Shown piece after piece: positions 27,153 to 35,804 of a stretch of DNA of 64,000 nucleotides; position 1 is the first letter of the stretch; the number at the start of each line of letters is the position of its first letter. The notes under the pieces were generated by a model that worked only from the letters and a program-made list of their open reading frames with translations, was not told the DNA's origin and ran no database searches. The stretch lies in the UHGV virus genome UHGV-0242533, one strand, 5' to 3'. The stretch comes from a virus. A program made the translations under genes and the position numbers.

Positions 27153-28640
27153 ATGTCAAAGATCATTTTGGGAGACACAGGTTGTAAGGAATGTATCTCT
27201 CATGGTCGTGATAAAACCCACAACCACATGATTCTCTTCCGTAACGAAGAGACAGGTGAGGAGTGGGGGAGTTGTAACCGTTGTGGGAATTACGAAGTGT
27301 TCGAAAAGGGCACTACACCTACTCCAAACGAGAAGAAAGAGCTATCCCCTGAAGAGTTAAGAGAAGTCTTAGACGATTGCTTAGAGCTTCCTCAGGGTGA
27401 ACTTACTCGACGTTTAATCCCTAAAGCCGTATCAGAGCGTTTTGAGTGTCGAATTGGTCTAAGTCAGACTGATGGTCAGACTCCAGACAGCTACTTCTTT
27501 CCTCGTGAACGTGATGGAAACATTGTCGGTTATGAGGTTAAGCTGCTTGACAGTAAGAAGTTCTATTACGTTGGCAGTGTGAAAGAAGCAGATTTATTTG
27601 GTATGGCACAGGCTCAGCGTGGAGATGTGTACAACAAGAAGCTGTTCATTTTTGAAGACCCGCTATCCTGTATGTCAGGTTTCCATGTCCTTACAGCTTT
27701 TACAAATGCAACAAACATTAAACCAGCATGTGTTTCTTTACCGTTCGGTGCAGGTTCAATCTCTTCTGTGTTGTCTCGTAATCGAGACTTCGTAAATGGT
27801 TTTGAGGAGGTTGTGCTCTGCATGGACAATGACGATGCAGGTGAGATAGCTTTAACAAAAGGTCGTTCTTTATTCCCTCATGTCAAGTTTGCTCGTATTC
27901 CTAAAGGAACCTTCCCATACAACGGTGTGGAGAAAGAGATTAAGGATGCGAATGACATGCTTCTGTCTGGTCGTGGTCAGGAGTTATTCAACATTCTCAA
28001 GTATTCAGCAAAGCGAGAATCTCCTGCTGGCGCTGTAACAATCTTTGATTGCCTTGATGATGCTCTGAAGAAAGCGGAGTGGGGTATTCCATATCCGTGG
28101 AAGACTCTGAATGAGATGACCTTTGGTATTCGATGGGGAGAGGTGGTAGCAATCGGTGGTGGTGTAGGTAGTGGTAAGACACTAATTGCTCACGAGCTGG
28201 TTGCTCATCTGTGCTTAGAGCATGGTTTTAATGGGGGTGGCTTCTTCTTGGAAGAGAAGGTAGGCATGTCTGTTAAGAACATCGCTGGTAAGTCAGCATC
28301 AATTCCTTTCCACCGACCTGATGTTGAATATGATGAGGAGGATTTGCGTAATGAAGCACTTCGTTATGCAGACAAATTCTTCTTGTATGACAACTTCGGA
28401 CAGAATGAATGGGAAGACATTAAACAGTGTATCCGTTTCTGGGTAGTTGAAAACCAGTGTAAGTTCATCATCCTTGATAACATTACCGCTCTGGTATCTC
28501 ATTTAACACCTTCAGAGATTAACACTGAAATCAGTAAGATTGCTTCAGAGCTTGCTGGTATGTGTAAAGAGTTAGACTTTACCGCTTTCGTTCTATCTCA
28601 CCTTAATGCTCCGGCAGGTGGTGCTCCTCATGAAGAGGGT
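27153..28640 (+). CDS. DNA primase-helicase (T7 gp4-like), exon 1
   Basis: Zn finger C-x2-C...C-x2-C, primase region, Walker A GGGVGSGKT, SHLN...HEEG motif; the ORF hits a stop (28644-28646) inside the conserved helicase domain. Confidence 0.8.
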
Positions 28641-29436
28641 AAGTAACAAGCCCTCTATAAATTCTGTGAACTCAGGGGAACTCTAGAACAGACAATCCTG
28701 AGCTAAGCCTAGTAATAACCCTCCTATAAGGAGGTAATATGAAACAGTATCTTGGAAAATATACGGTTCATAAAGATGGACGAATAATCAGTCACTATAA
28801 CGGGAAGCCTTTAACCATCTCTCTTTACAAACCAAATAAACAGGGTAAGAAGATTGTTTATCCTAGAGTTAGGCTCTGTATTGACGGGAAAGGTAAATGG
28901 TTTGCACTACACAGGATTATAGCTGAATGCTATATCCCAAATCCAGAAAATCTTCCACATATAAACCATAAAGATGGAAACAGATTGAATAACTCTGTTG
29001 AAAATCTTGAATGGTGCAGTCATCTACAGAATATACGGCATGCCCAAGAACACAACCTCAACCCTAAAGGAGAGAGGCAAGGTATTGCAGTTGCAACTGA
29101 AGAGATTGTAAGGAGAATTAGAAGTTTAAGAAGGGGTGGTATGTCTTATAAAGATATCGCTGAGCTTGTTAAACTTAAGAGAAGAACAGTCGAAGCTATT
29201 GGTTCTTATCAAAACTGGAAACACATAGAGTGAGTGGTTATTACTAGGAAAGTGCAACGACTAGGGTGGGCGTAAGCCCGAAGTACAGCCAAGCGGTGTC
29301 ATTAACATTGACTTAAATGGAAGCGCAGAACCTTCAAATTGAAGTGAAGATATAGTCTGGTCTACATGGGGACATGTAGCAGTTCAGAGATAGAACCTGA
29401 ACGGGGTGTGATTAGCGATCACATCTGAACACAACG
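28641..29436 (+). mobile_element. group I self-splicing intron (about 0.8 kb) carrying an HNH homing-endonuclease ORF
   Basis: Host gene frame shifts by +1 across the insert; 3' region has AAGATATAGTC (near-canonical group I S element), GACTA/TAGTC P7 candidates and three stable hairpins; exon 1 ends in T, insert ends in G; boundaries approximate (+/- 6 nt). Confidence 0.6.
28739..29233 (+). CDS. HNH homing endonuclease (intron-encoded)
   Basis: H-x-H...N...N-x-x-x-N-L-x-W...H-x-x-N pattern (INHKDGNRLNNSVENLEWCSHLQN); strong RBS AAGGAGG. Confidence 0.8.
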   Translation: MKQYLGKYTVHKDGRIISHYNGKPLTISLYKPNKQGKKIVYPRVRLCIDGKGKWFALHRIIAECYIPNPENLPHINHKDGNRLNNSVENLEWCSHLQNIRHAQEHNLNPKGERQGIAVATEEIVRRIRSLRRGGMSYKDIAELVKLKRRTVEAIGSYQNWKHIE

Positions 29437-29739
29437 GGACAGGTACGTGAAGTACAGTTCACTGGCTCTCGTTCTCTTATGCGTTGGTGTCAGTGTATCA
29501 TTGGCTTTGAGCGTGACAAGCAAGCTGACGGCTTAGCTAAGAACCTCTCAGTCATTCGATTACTGAAAGAACGTAACTACGGTCAGACAGGTGTTTGTTA
29601 TACTAAGTATATCAGTGAAACCGGTAGACTTGTAGAAAGGGAAGACTTTGAAGTTGATGAAGATAATCCATTCGTTTTAACTAACGGAGAGGATGCAGCT
29701 TCTCTCGTCAACCAAGCAGATGGAGCTTCACCGTGGTAA
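29437..29739 (+). CDS. DNA primase-helicase, exon 2 (helicase C-terminal motifs)
   Basis: VQFTGSRS...[10 protein letters not shown] resumes the helicase motifs as recalled from T7 gp4; no in-frame start codon before these residues. Confidence 0.6.
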   Translation, partial: GQVREVQFTGSRSLMRWCQCIIGFERDKQADGLAKNLSVIRLLKERNYGQTGVCYTKYISETGRLVEREDFEVDEDNPFVLTNGEDAASLVNQADGASPW

Positions 29740-30290
29740 AGAAAAAGAAGAAAGTGTTTGCATTCGATATCGAGAGTAATGCACTGTACGATGACATAAC
29801 TAAAGTATGGTGTATTTATATCTTTGATGTTGAAACTGGTGAAAGGTGGGGCTATCGGCCTCACCAAATTGAAGATGGGATTCATAAACTTACAGAAGCA
29901 GATGTGCTCGTGGGTCACAATATTATTGACTTCGACCTTTGTGCTCTGAAGAAAATGTATCCCAATCTAATTGAATATCGTTTTAACGTCTTTGACACTT
30001 TATGTCTTAGTCGATATCTTAAACCTGACCGTATTGGTGACAGTCCTGAGTATCCGAAAGGCGACCCTAGACATGGCCCAAGAGGTCATGGCTTGAAGCA
30101 ATGGGGTGAGTTCTTAGGGGAACTTAAAGGTGATTACGGTGAGCAAGAGGAAGCATGGGATGCTTTCACTGAAGATATGTTTACTTATTGTGAACAGGAC
30201 GTTAACTTAACTGTTAAGGTTTATCTTTTCTTGTGTGAACTCACGGGATTTGACCCTTACGACCCACCTTCATTATATTGGAAAATGTAA
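29733..30290 (+). CDS. DNA polymerase I family, 3'-5' exonuclease domain as a separate gene
   Basis: FDIESNAL (Exo I), HNIIDFD (Exo II), YCEQDV (Exo III); own GTG start and stop. Confidence 0.8.
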   Translation: MVKKKKKVFAFDIESNALYDDITKVWCIYIFDVETGERWGYRPHQIEDGIHKLTEADVLVGHNIIDFDLCALKKMYPNLIEYRFNVFDTLCLSRYLKPDRIGDSPEYPKGDPRHGPRGHGLKQWGEFLGELKGDYGEQEEAWDAFTEDMFTYCEQDVNLTVKVYLFLCELTGFDPYDPPSLYWKM

Positions 30291-30291
30291 A

Positions 30292-31662
30292 ATGATTGTT
30301 ATCCCGATTAACCGAATTGAAGATAAGGTTGCTCAACAACCTGATATTGCTGTTGGTCGTCACTTCATTGAACAGTTGATTAACAACAACTTGGTTCCAG
30401 ACGGTATCTGTCCCATCATTACTGGTGGGGCTGTTCGAGATGCTGTGCTTAATAACACAGCTCCACATGACATTGATATCTTTATTGTCAGAGGACAAAC
30501 ACCAAGAACTCAAAACACATTCATCCCAACTGATCGTTGGCAAGCTCTTGGAAGAGAGATTGAAAGTAATGTGAAGGAATGGCTAGAGTCACAAGATATC
30601 GAATATGCATCCCTTCTTGCTGAAGCTACAAACGAATCCTATGCTGGGGGTTCTCAATTAACATTCACTGATATTATTGAGTTTCAGTGGAATGGAACCC
30701 GCATTCAATTCATGTTTAATTATCCTACTTCTATTGAAGAGGTATTGGATAATTTTCCTATGATGTGCCGTGGTGCGATAACTCTTGACAGCTTATTCAT
30801 GACCCCTCATGGATATTTAGCTATGACCGCTCCTTGCCCTGTGGTTGTTTCTAGTCGTGAAATCAGATACGTTCACAAGAAGTGGCCTAATTCACAGGTA
30901 TTAAGATTCTCCGCTCCATCTGTTGCATATCAATATATGGCACAAACTCGATACCTTCCTACACCTCAACCAGTTAGTCATCTGGTCAACGAACGAGGTC
31001 AGGTTGCTCCTGTTGAGGATACAACAAGTGCTCAATATTGTGTTAACCGAGACATGAGTCGATTCTTTGGAATCCCTTACGAAGAAATTCAGTTAATGTC
31101 AAGTGTTCATGGCTCTGGTCAGATTCGTGCGTATTGGTCTGAAGGGTTGACGAATTTAACAACTAATACAGGAGGGGATCTCCTTGGTCGAGAAGAGGAA
31201 CCTAACCGACACAATGCAATTGAAGGGGTGTTTGTAGCCCCTGCAATGCGTCGAGCACAAGAGTCACGAAGAGTAAGCCCTACTCGTAGAACATCTTTTG
31301 AAGAGGCTCTTGGTGTTACTAGCGATTCATTTGAGCAGTGGTTGTCTAGACGTTCTAATGGTCTGTCAAATGGTTTGACTGCTAGCCGTCACCAGTTCTC
31401 TGGTCAGGGTTTTGCTGTTGGTGATATTGACCAAGCTGCTCGTGTTATATGGACTGATGAAGCATCTGCTCAAGATGTGGTTAATAATCTCGCCGATCTT
31501 GATATTCCTTCTCATGGCGAGCTAGCTGAGACTGTCAGTCGTAGTCTCGCTGATCGCTTTGTTGCTGATAACCCTGAAGTATTAGAGCCTCAAACCAATA
31601 CAATTAGTGTTGCTGACGTAGTTGGTGATGGATTCTCTTTTTACGCACGAACAAATAACTAA
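30292..31662 (+). CDS. Pol-beta-superfamily nucleotidyltransferase with CCA-adding-enzyme/poly(A)-polymerase-like head motif
   Basis: GGAVRDAVLNNTAPHDIDIF matches the GG-x-VRD...P-x-D-x-D signature; downstream 400 aa unrecognised. Confidence 0.6.
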   Translation: MIVIPINRIEDKVAQQPDIAVGRHFIEQLINNNLVPDGICPIITGGAVRDAVLNNTAPHDIDIFIVRGQTPRTQNTFIPTDRWQALGREIESNVKEWLESQDIEYASLLAEATNESYAGGSQLTFTDIIEFQWNGTRIQFMFNYPTSIEEVLDNFPMMCRGAITLDSLFMTPHGYLAMTAPCPVVVSSREIRYVHKKWPNSQVLRFSAPSVAYQYMAQTRYLPTPQPVSHLVNERGQVAPVEDTTSAQYCVNRDMSRFFGIPYEEIQLMSSVHGSGQIRAYWSEGLTNLTTNTGGDLLGREEEPNRHNAIEGVFVAPAMRRAQESRRVSPTRRTSFEEALGVTSDSFEQWLSRRSNGLSNGLTASRHQFSGQGFAVGDIDQAARVIWTDEASAQDVVNNLADLDIPSHGELAETVSRSLADRFVADNPEVLEPQTNTISVADVVGDGFSFYARTNN

Positions 31663-31671
31663 GGAATAAGA

Positions 31672-32205
31672 ATGAGTTTACTAGGAAGTGTTGAACTGCA
31701 TGATGTAATTGACAATGGCTATCTGGATGCGGAGCATAAGTATGTTAACGCTGCTAGTGTGGATATCCGTATTGGTGATACTATCCTTGTTGAAGAACAG
31801 GCTGATGGCATCGTTGATATTGATGCGAAAGAGAATCTTCAGTGGAAGGAAGTAAAGATTCCTGAAGAGGGTTTGGTTATCACTCCGGGTCAGTTCTTCT
31901 TGGCTCACTCTATGGAAGAGTTTAATCTTCCAGATAACATCTCAAGTCTGTTTGTCCTGCGTTCGTCTATGGCTCGTTGTGGTTTGAACCACCTTCACGC
32001 CGGTTGGGCAGATGCAGGATTTAATAGCAGTAAGCTGACATTTGAATTCCATAACGTAACCAAGCACCACAGTTTACGAGTTCGTGCTGGTATGCGTGTA
32101 GGTCAGATGGTAATGTTTGAGCACTCTCATGCAGGGGAACACTCCTATGCAGTGAAGGGTCGTTATAATAACTCTGAAGGTGTAGTTGCATCTAAAGGTG
32201 TGTAA
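31672..32205 (+). CDS. dCTP deaminase / dUTPase-superfamily protein
   Basis: LRSSMARCGL and ADAGFNS motifs. Confidence 0.65.
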   Translation: MSLLGSVELHDVIDNGYLDAEHKYVNAASVDIRIGDTILVEEQADGIVDIDAKENLQWKEVKIPEEGLVITPGQFFLAHSMEEFNLPDNISSLFVLRSSMARCGLNHLHAGWADAGFNSSKLTFEFHNVTKHHSLRVRAGMRVGQMVMFEHSHAGEHSYAVKGRYNNSEGVVASKGV

Positions 32206-32403
32206 ATGAAAAAATGGATTGTTCGTGTACATGATAACACGACTGGAGAGTTAGTAGCTGTAGATTTTGTTAAGACTCGAGAGCACGCACGTAGAGTCAA
32301 AAATCAATACAAGTCTACTTTTAGACTTAACAAGGTTACATTAGGAAGGGCTATTGTGAATAGCGAAGGTGCTTTTATTGCCAACAGTAAGGTTTATTAT
32401 TAA
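32206..32403 (+). CDS. small tandem-paralogue protein (copy 1 of 3)
   Basis: About 65 aa, basic, ends VYY. Confidence 0.5.
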   Translation: MKKWIVRVHDNTTGELVAVDFVKTREHARRVKNQYKSTFRLNKVTLGRAIVNSEGAFIANSKVYY

Positions 32404-32612
32404 TGAGACCGATCACTATGAGACAATTTTGGTTAGCAAAGATCAAGTGGGCATCAGGTGGCATGACTATGACTGCACTACCCACTCGCCAACAAGCTCG
32501 AGATTTTAAAAAGACTATGCTTACTGGTGACGTGGTCAATAGTATCAGTATCCATAAGGCCAAGGAGTATTCTTCTGGTCGTATTTATATCAGCGGAAAG
32601 GTGCATTACTAA
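32403..32612 (+). CDS. small tandem-paralogue protein (copy 2 of 3)
   Basis: Ends VHY; start-stop overlap. Confidence 0.5.
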   Translation: MRPITMRQFWLAKIKWASGGMTMTALPTRQQARDFKKTMLTGDVVNSISIHKAKEYSSGRIYISGKVHY

Positions 32613-32821
32613 TGAAAAAGATGTGGGCTATTCGTGTTGTCTGGGAACAGAAACAACACTTAGGTAAAGATAATATCAAACTGTTTAACACTCGCAAAGA
32701 GGCTCGTGTCGCTAAAAAGAATATGAAAGCTCTAATAGGAACTGTTAAAAGTGCTGACATTCATCGCTGGTATGAAGACCCTAGCTCGGGTTCTTTTATG
32801 TCTAAAGTAATTTATTACTGA
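32612..32821 (+). CDS. small tandem-paralogue protein (copy 3 of 3)
   Basis: Ends IYY; start-stop overlap. Confidence 0.5.
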   Translation: MKKMWAIRVVWEQKQHLGKDNIKLFNTRKEARVAKKNMKALIGTVKSADIHRWYEDPSSGSFMSKVIYY

Positions 32822-32845
32822 TTGGTAGTAGATATGGTAACTCTC

Positions 32846-32854
32846 AAATGTATA
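32846..32854 (+). promoter_or_regulatory. phage-type promoter-like element AAATGTATA
   Basis: One mismatch to TAATGTATA; 40 nt upstream of gene 32894. Confidence 0.3.
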
Positions 32855-32893
32855 TAGAGTACAATAAGAATTTGTATTTTACAGGAGAGAGTT

Positions 32894-33223
32894 ATGTTAG
32901 ATTTGAGTAAAGTGGCCCCGCCCACTGAAGAGATTACAAAATCCAAGGTGATGCAACAGTTTTATCATCGTGATATGCTTGGTCGCTTTATCAAGAATCG
33001 TGATGTTGTTGCTTGGTCTATTGGTAATCAGGGATATCTGTTGAAGGTTCTTCAGGTTACAGGTTCAACTGCTAAGCGAGTTAAGGTGTATGACCCTGAA
33101 ATGGGGCGTTCTAAGTCAGTAGACCCACAGAACTGCATCGTAATTACCCAGCAGGTAATGGATAATATTGCACGTAACGTTGCTAACTCAGTTGAACTTG
33201 ATGGAGAAAACCCAAATGCATAA
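32894..33223 (+). CDS. hypothetical protein (109 aa)
   Basis: ORF. Confidence 0.6.
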   Translation: MLDLSKVAPPTEEITKSKVMQQFYHRDMLGRFIKNRDVVAWSIGNQGYLLKVLQVTGSTAKRVKVYDPEMGRSKSVDPQNCIVITQQVMDNIARNVANSVELDGENPNA

Positions 33224-33779
33224 GAATGTTTTTGATTTACCTGATATTGGTCGTTCAGAATATAACATGTTAGACCGGTCTGAGCTTTCAATCTCTCGCC
33301 TTGAAACAATGCAGGGTATGATTAGTGGAAACAGCCTAGAACACATCCTGAGCTGCTTGCAAGCTAACATGGAACTCTTGCATATCAAAGCTAAAAACTA
33401 CCACTGGAACGTCTCTGGTGCAGGATTTCAGGGTGTTCATGGTATGTTTGACGAGCTGGAAGATTACGCACGACAGGTAGGAGATCGTATTGCTGAACGT
33501 ATGCGTTACCACTGTGTTAAAGTGGACGCTACAGCAGCTAACTACCTCTCTCATGCTTGGTTCTCAGAGGGTAACGCTGATCTAGACATGGACGGTATGC
33601 TCTCTGATATGTGCATGACCTTGATGTGTATTATTGAGAAGATGGATGAGTTTGATGGCGATTTAGCCACTTACCCTGTCGATCAGAGTATGCTTCAAGA
33701 AATTAATGAAGGTCTTGGCAAGTATTGCTACTTCGTCAAGAGCAACATGTCCCATTCAAGTGGTGACGTGTCTTACTAA
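33216..33779 (+). CDS. Dps-like ferritin-superfamily protein
   Basis: KAKNYHWNVSGAGFQGVHGMFDE...DRIAER signature; ATG 33216 with GGAG RBS. Confidence 0.65.
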   Translation: MHKNVFDLPDIGRSEYNMLDRSELSISRLETMQGMISGNSLEHILSCLQANMELLHIKAKNYHWNVSGAGFQGVHGMFDELEDYARQVGDRIAERMRYHCVKVDATAANYLSHAWFSEGNADLDMDGMLSDMCMTLMCIIEKMDEFDGDLATYPVDQSMLQEINEGLGKYCYFVKSNMSHSSGDVSY

Positions 33780-33839
33780 AACCTCCGCCCTGTCTCCTAA
33801 CCCGAGGTGGGGCGAACTTATTTATAAGGATATAGATAT

Positions 33840-34019
33840 ATGTTATCAGCAATCGTATGGGGTATTTGGGCTATCTTTATCGGTGGTGGTATTTATTGGG
33901 CTTCTGGTAAGCTTATTGAAGAAACTCCTGATAAGAAAGGTGAGATTCAAACAGCATCAACCATCATGGTTATCGTAGCTGTTGTTATCCCGTTCCTGCT
34001 TCACCTCCTGACTGCATAA
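33840..34019 (+). CDS. small two-TM membrane protein (59 aa)
   Basis: Not in ORF track; hydrophobic segments. Confidence 0.4.
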   Translation: MLSAIVWGIWAIFIGGGIYWASGKLIEETPDKKGEIQTASTIMVIVAVVIPFLLHLLTA

Positions 34020-34027
34020 GGATTTAC

Positions 34028-34303
34028 ATGTCTAAAGTAATTAAGTTTTATAGTGATCAGTGTGCTCCATGTAAAGCAATGGCTCCTACCTTTGAGAAGG
34101 TTGTTAAGGAGTTTGATGTAGAAGTGGAAGAGATTAACATCCTTGAAGGTGATGGTCGTGAACAAGCTGTTAAGTATGGTGTACGAAGCATCCCTGCTTT
34201 CGTTGTGCCTGACCGTAACAGTGGTGCACACTACAGCCTCTCTGGTATGCAGACTGAAGCAAACCTGAAAGCATTTTTGGACACAGCCCTGAGCAATAAG
34301 TAA
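34028..34303 (+). CDS. thioredoxin-like protein (CAPC active site)
   Basis: FYSDQCAPCK, SIPAFVV motifs; 91 aa. Confidence 0.7.
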   Translation: MSKVIKFYSDQCAPCKAMAPTFEKVVKEFDVEVEEINILEGDGREQAVKYGVRSIPAFVVPDRNSGAHYSLSGMQTEANLKAFLDTALSNK

Positions 34304-34318
34304 TAAGGATATTCACGG

Positions 34319-34975
34319 ATGAATGAACAACTACAAGCAACATTAATCGAAGCTATGGGAAGCGATCGTAGCGTAGTAAACGCAGCTCGAGTTTCCTTTG
34401 GCGTAACCCGTGAAGGTGATTTAAATGAACGTGATGAACGTCTCATCAACTTCCTCGCAAGAGAGAAGCATGTTACCCCATTCCGACATCCGCAAGTCAG
34501 TTTCCGATGCAAAGCACCTATCGCAATTGCGAGACAGTTGGGCAAGCATCAGGTTGGATTCTCGTGGAACGAAATGTCCCGGCGGTATAAAGATGGAGAA
34601 GTTGAAGTCTTCATCCCTAAAGAGATTTTTGCGAGACCTTCGGACCTCCATGCAGGTTCAGGGACACAGCTCATCGACGGAGAACGAGCTGAAGCATTAA
34701 TGTTGATTAACGATGCATATGAAGCTTCTCTAGCAGCATATGACAAGTTGATTGAGTTTATTGCACCAGAGCAAGCTCGATTTGTTCTTCCTCAGGGAAT
34801 GATTACTGAGTGGGTGTGGACTGGTTCTTTGTATGGATGGTTTGAGTTGTGCCGTCAACGACTCTCCTCTCATGCTCAGTATGAAGTTCGAGTGTTTGCT
34901 AAATCCTTAGATGAAGAAATGGCTAAACTCTACCCAATCTCATGGGCAGCTCTGAAGAAAACCTTGGAGAATTAA
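34319..34975 (+). CDS. thyX: flavin-dependent thymidylate synthase ThyX-like protein (variant signature KHQ-x7-S-x-RY)
   Basis: FRHP...QLGKHQVGFSWNEMSRRY and RFVLPQG...YEVR regions. Confidence 0.65.
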   Translation: MNEQLQATLIEAMGSDRSVVNAARVSFGVTREGDLNERDERLINFLAREKHVTPFRHPQVSFRCKAPIAIARQLGKHQVGFSWNEMSRRYKDGEVEVFIPKEIFARPSDLHAGSGTQLIDGERAEALMLINDAYEASLAAYDKLIEFIAPEQARFVLPQGMITEWVWTGSLYGWFELCRQRLSSHAQYEVRVFAKSLDEEMAKLYPISWAALKKTLEN

Positions 34976-35120
34976 TATTGGAAGAAGATGATGATGTGTT
35001 CTGCACTAAATGTGGGATGACAGTTGAGGATGCATATGACCCAAGTGTAGAAATTTGTCCATGTTGCGGAGTATGTGAATATTGCTGTTCCAACAACTCA
35101 GAGGATTAGCAGGAGAAAGA

Positions 35121-35306
35121 ATGGATAAGAAAGTGTGCAGCTTCTGTAAGAAAGAGAAGCCTATCGCCAACTTTAAGTTTAATCCTGTAACCGGTTTGAC
35201 TCATGTCATGTGTCACTCTTGCAGGATATACCTTGAAACAAAGCACACCATTAACAGGTTGCACTATTATCACCCAACAACATTCAAATTTAAGGTTGTG
35301 AAATGA
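35121..35306 (+). CDS. small zinc-finger protein
   Basis: CSFC...CHSC; start ambiguous (track 35082). Confidence 0.45.
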   Translation: MDKKVCSFCKKEKPIANFKFNPVTGLTHVMCHSCRIYLETKHTINRLHYYHPTTFKFKVVK

Positions 35307-35632
35307 TTGACAGTAATACATTTAGGACTTCAAATGGAAGTGAGATAAGTCCCGCTGAAGTAATTAATCGGCACAGAAGGCAATTGATCATCCATTCCTA
35401 TTTGTATTACTGGTTGGATGACCCTATCTGGTCTGACGATAAATGGCAACAAGTTGCTAATGACCTAGTGGAGCTGCAAGCCCTGTATCCAGAGCCTACT
35501 GGAGTCTTTGACAATGAATTCAAAGATTGGGATGGTTCTACAGGGATGCACTTCCCACACAATGAGGCTGTTGCTTGTATGGCGACAGCTGTTTACAGGA
35601 TTCATAAAGATATGAACCATGAAGTGCTCTAG
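35303..35632 (+). CDS. small protein resembling the N-terminal (Ia) domain of NAD-dependent DNA ligase
   Basis: HSYLYYWLDDPIWSDDKWQQVANDLVELQALYPEP resembles the LigA N-terminus as recalled. Confidence 0.4.
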   Translation: MIDSNTFRTSNGSEISPAEVINRHRRQLIIHSYLYYWLDDPIWSDDKWQQVANDLVELQALYPEPTGVFDNEFKDWDGSTGMHFPHNEAVACMATAVYRIHKDMNHEVL

Positions 35633-35804
35633 ATGTGAAGGAACAAACCTTCATTTAAGTAACAAGGTTATCAGAGAGCTTGCCAAAGGCTCTCCAACCA
35701 AAGGGAAGAACAAACGATTTACTAACGTCAGGGTTTATACAGCAATCTGTAAAGACTGCTTAACCACTGAGTGTCATTACGAAGAAATTGGAGAGCGTAA
35801 ATGA
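35619..35804 (+). CDS. small zinc-ribbon protein
   Basis: CSRC...CKDC. Confidence 0.45.
   Translation: MKCSRCEGTNLHLSNKVIRELAKGSPTKGKNKRFTNVRVYTAICKDCLTTECHYEEIGERK

Noticed and set aside
28647-29442. Intein or simple split gene as explanation for the helicase interruption
   Set aside because: Reading frame changes by +1 across the insert (an intein must be in-frame), and the downstream conserved residues have no start codon, so an RNA-spliced intron fits best.
30235-30291. Upstream GTG start (30235) for the nucleotidyltransferase
   Set aside because: It would overlap the last 56 nt of the polymerase exonuclease gene; ATG 30292 directly after its stop was preferred, though the RBS is weak either way.
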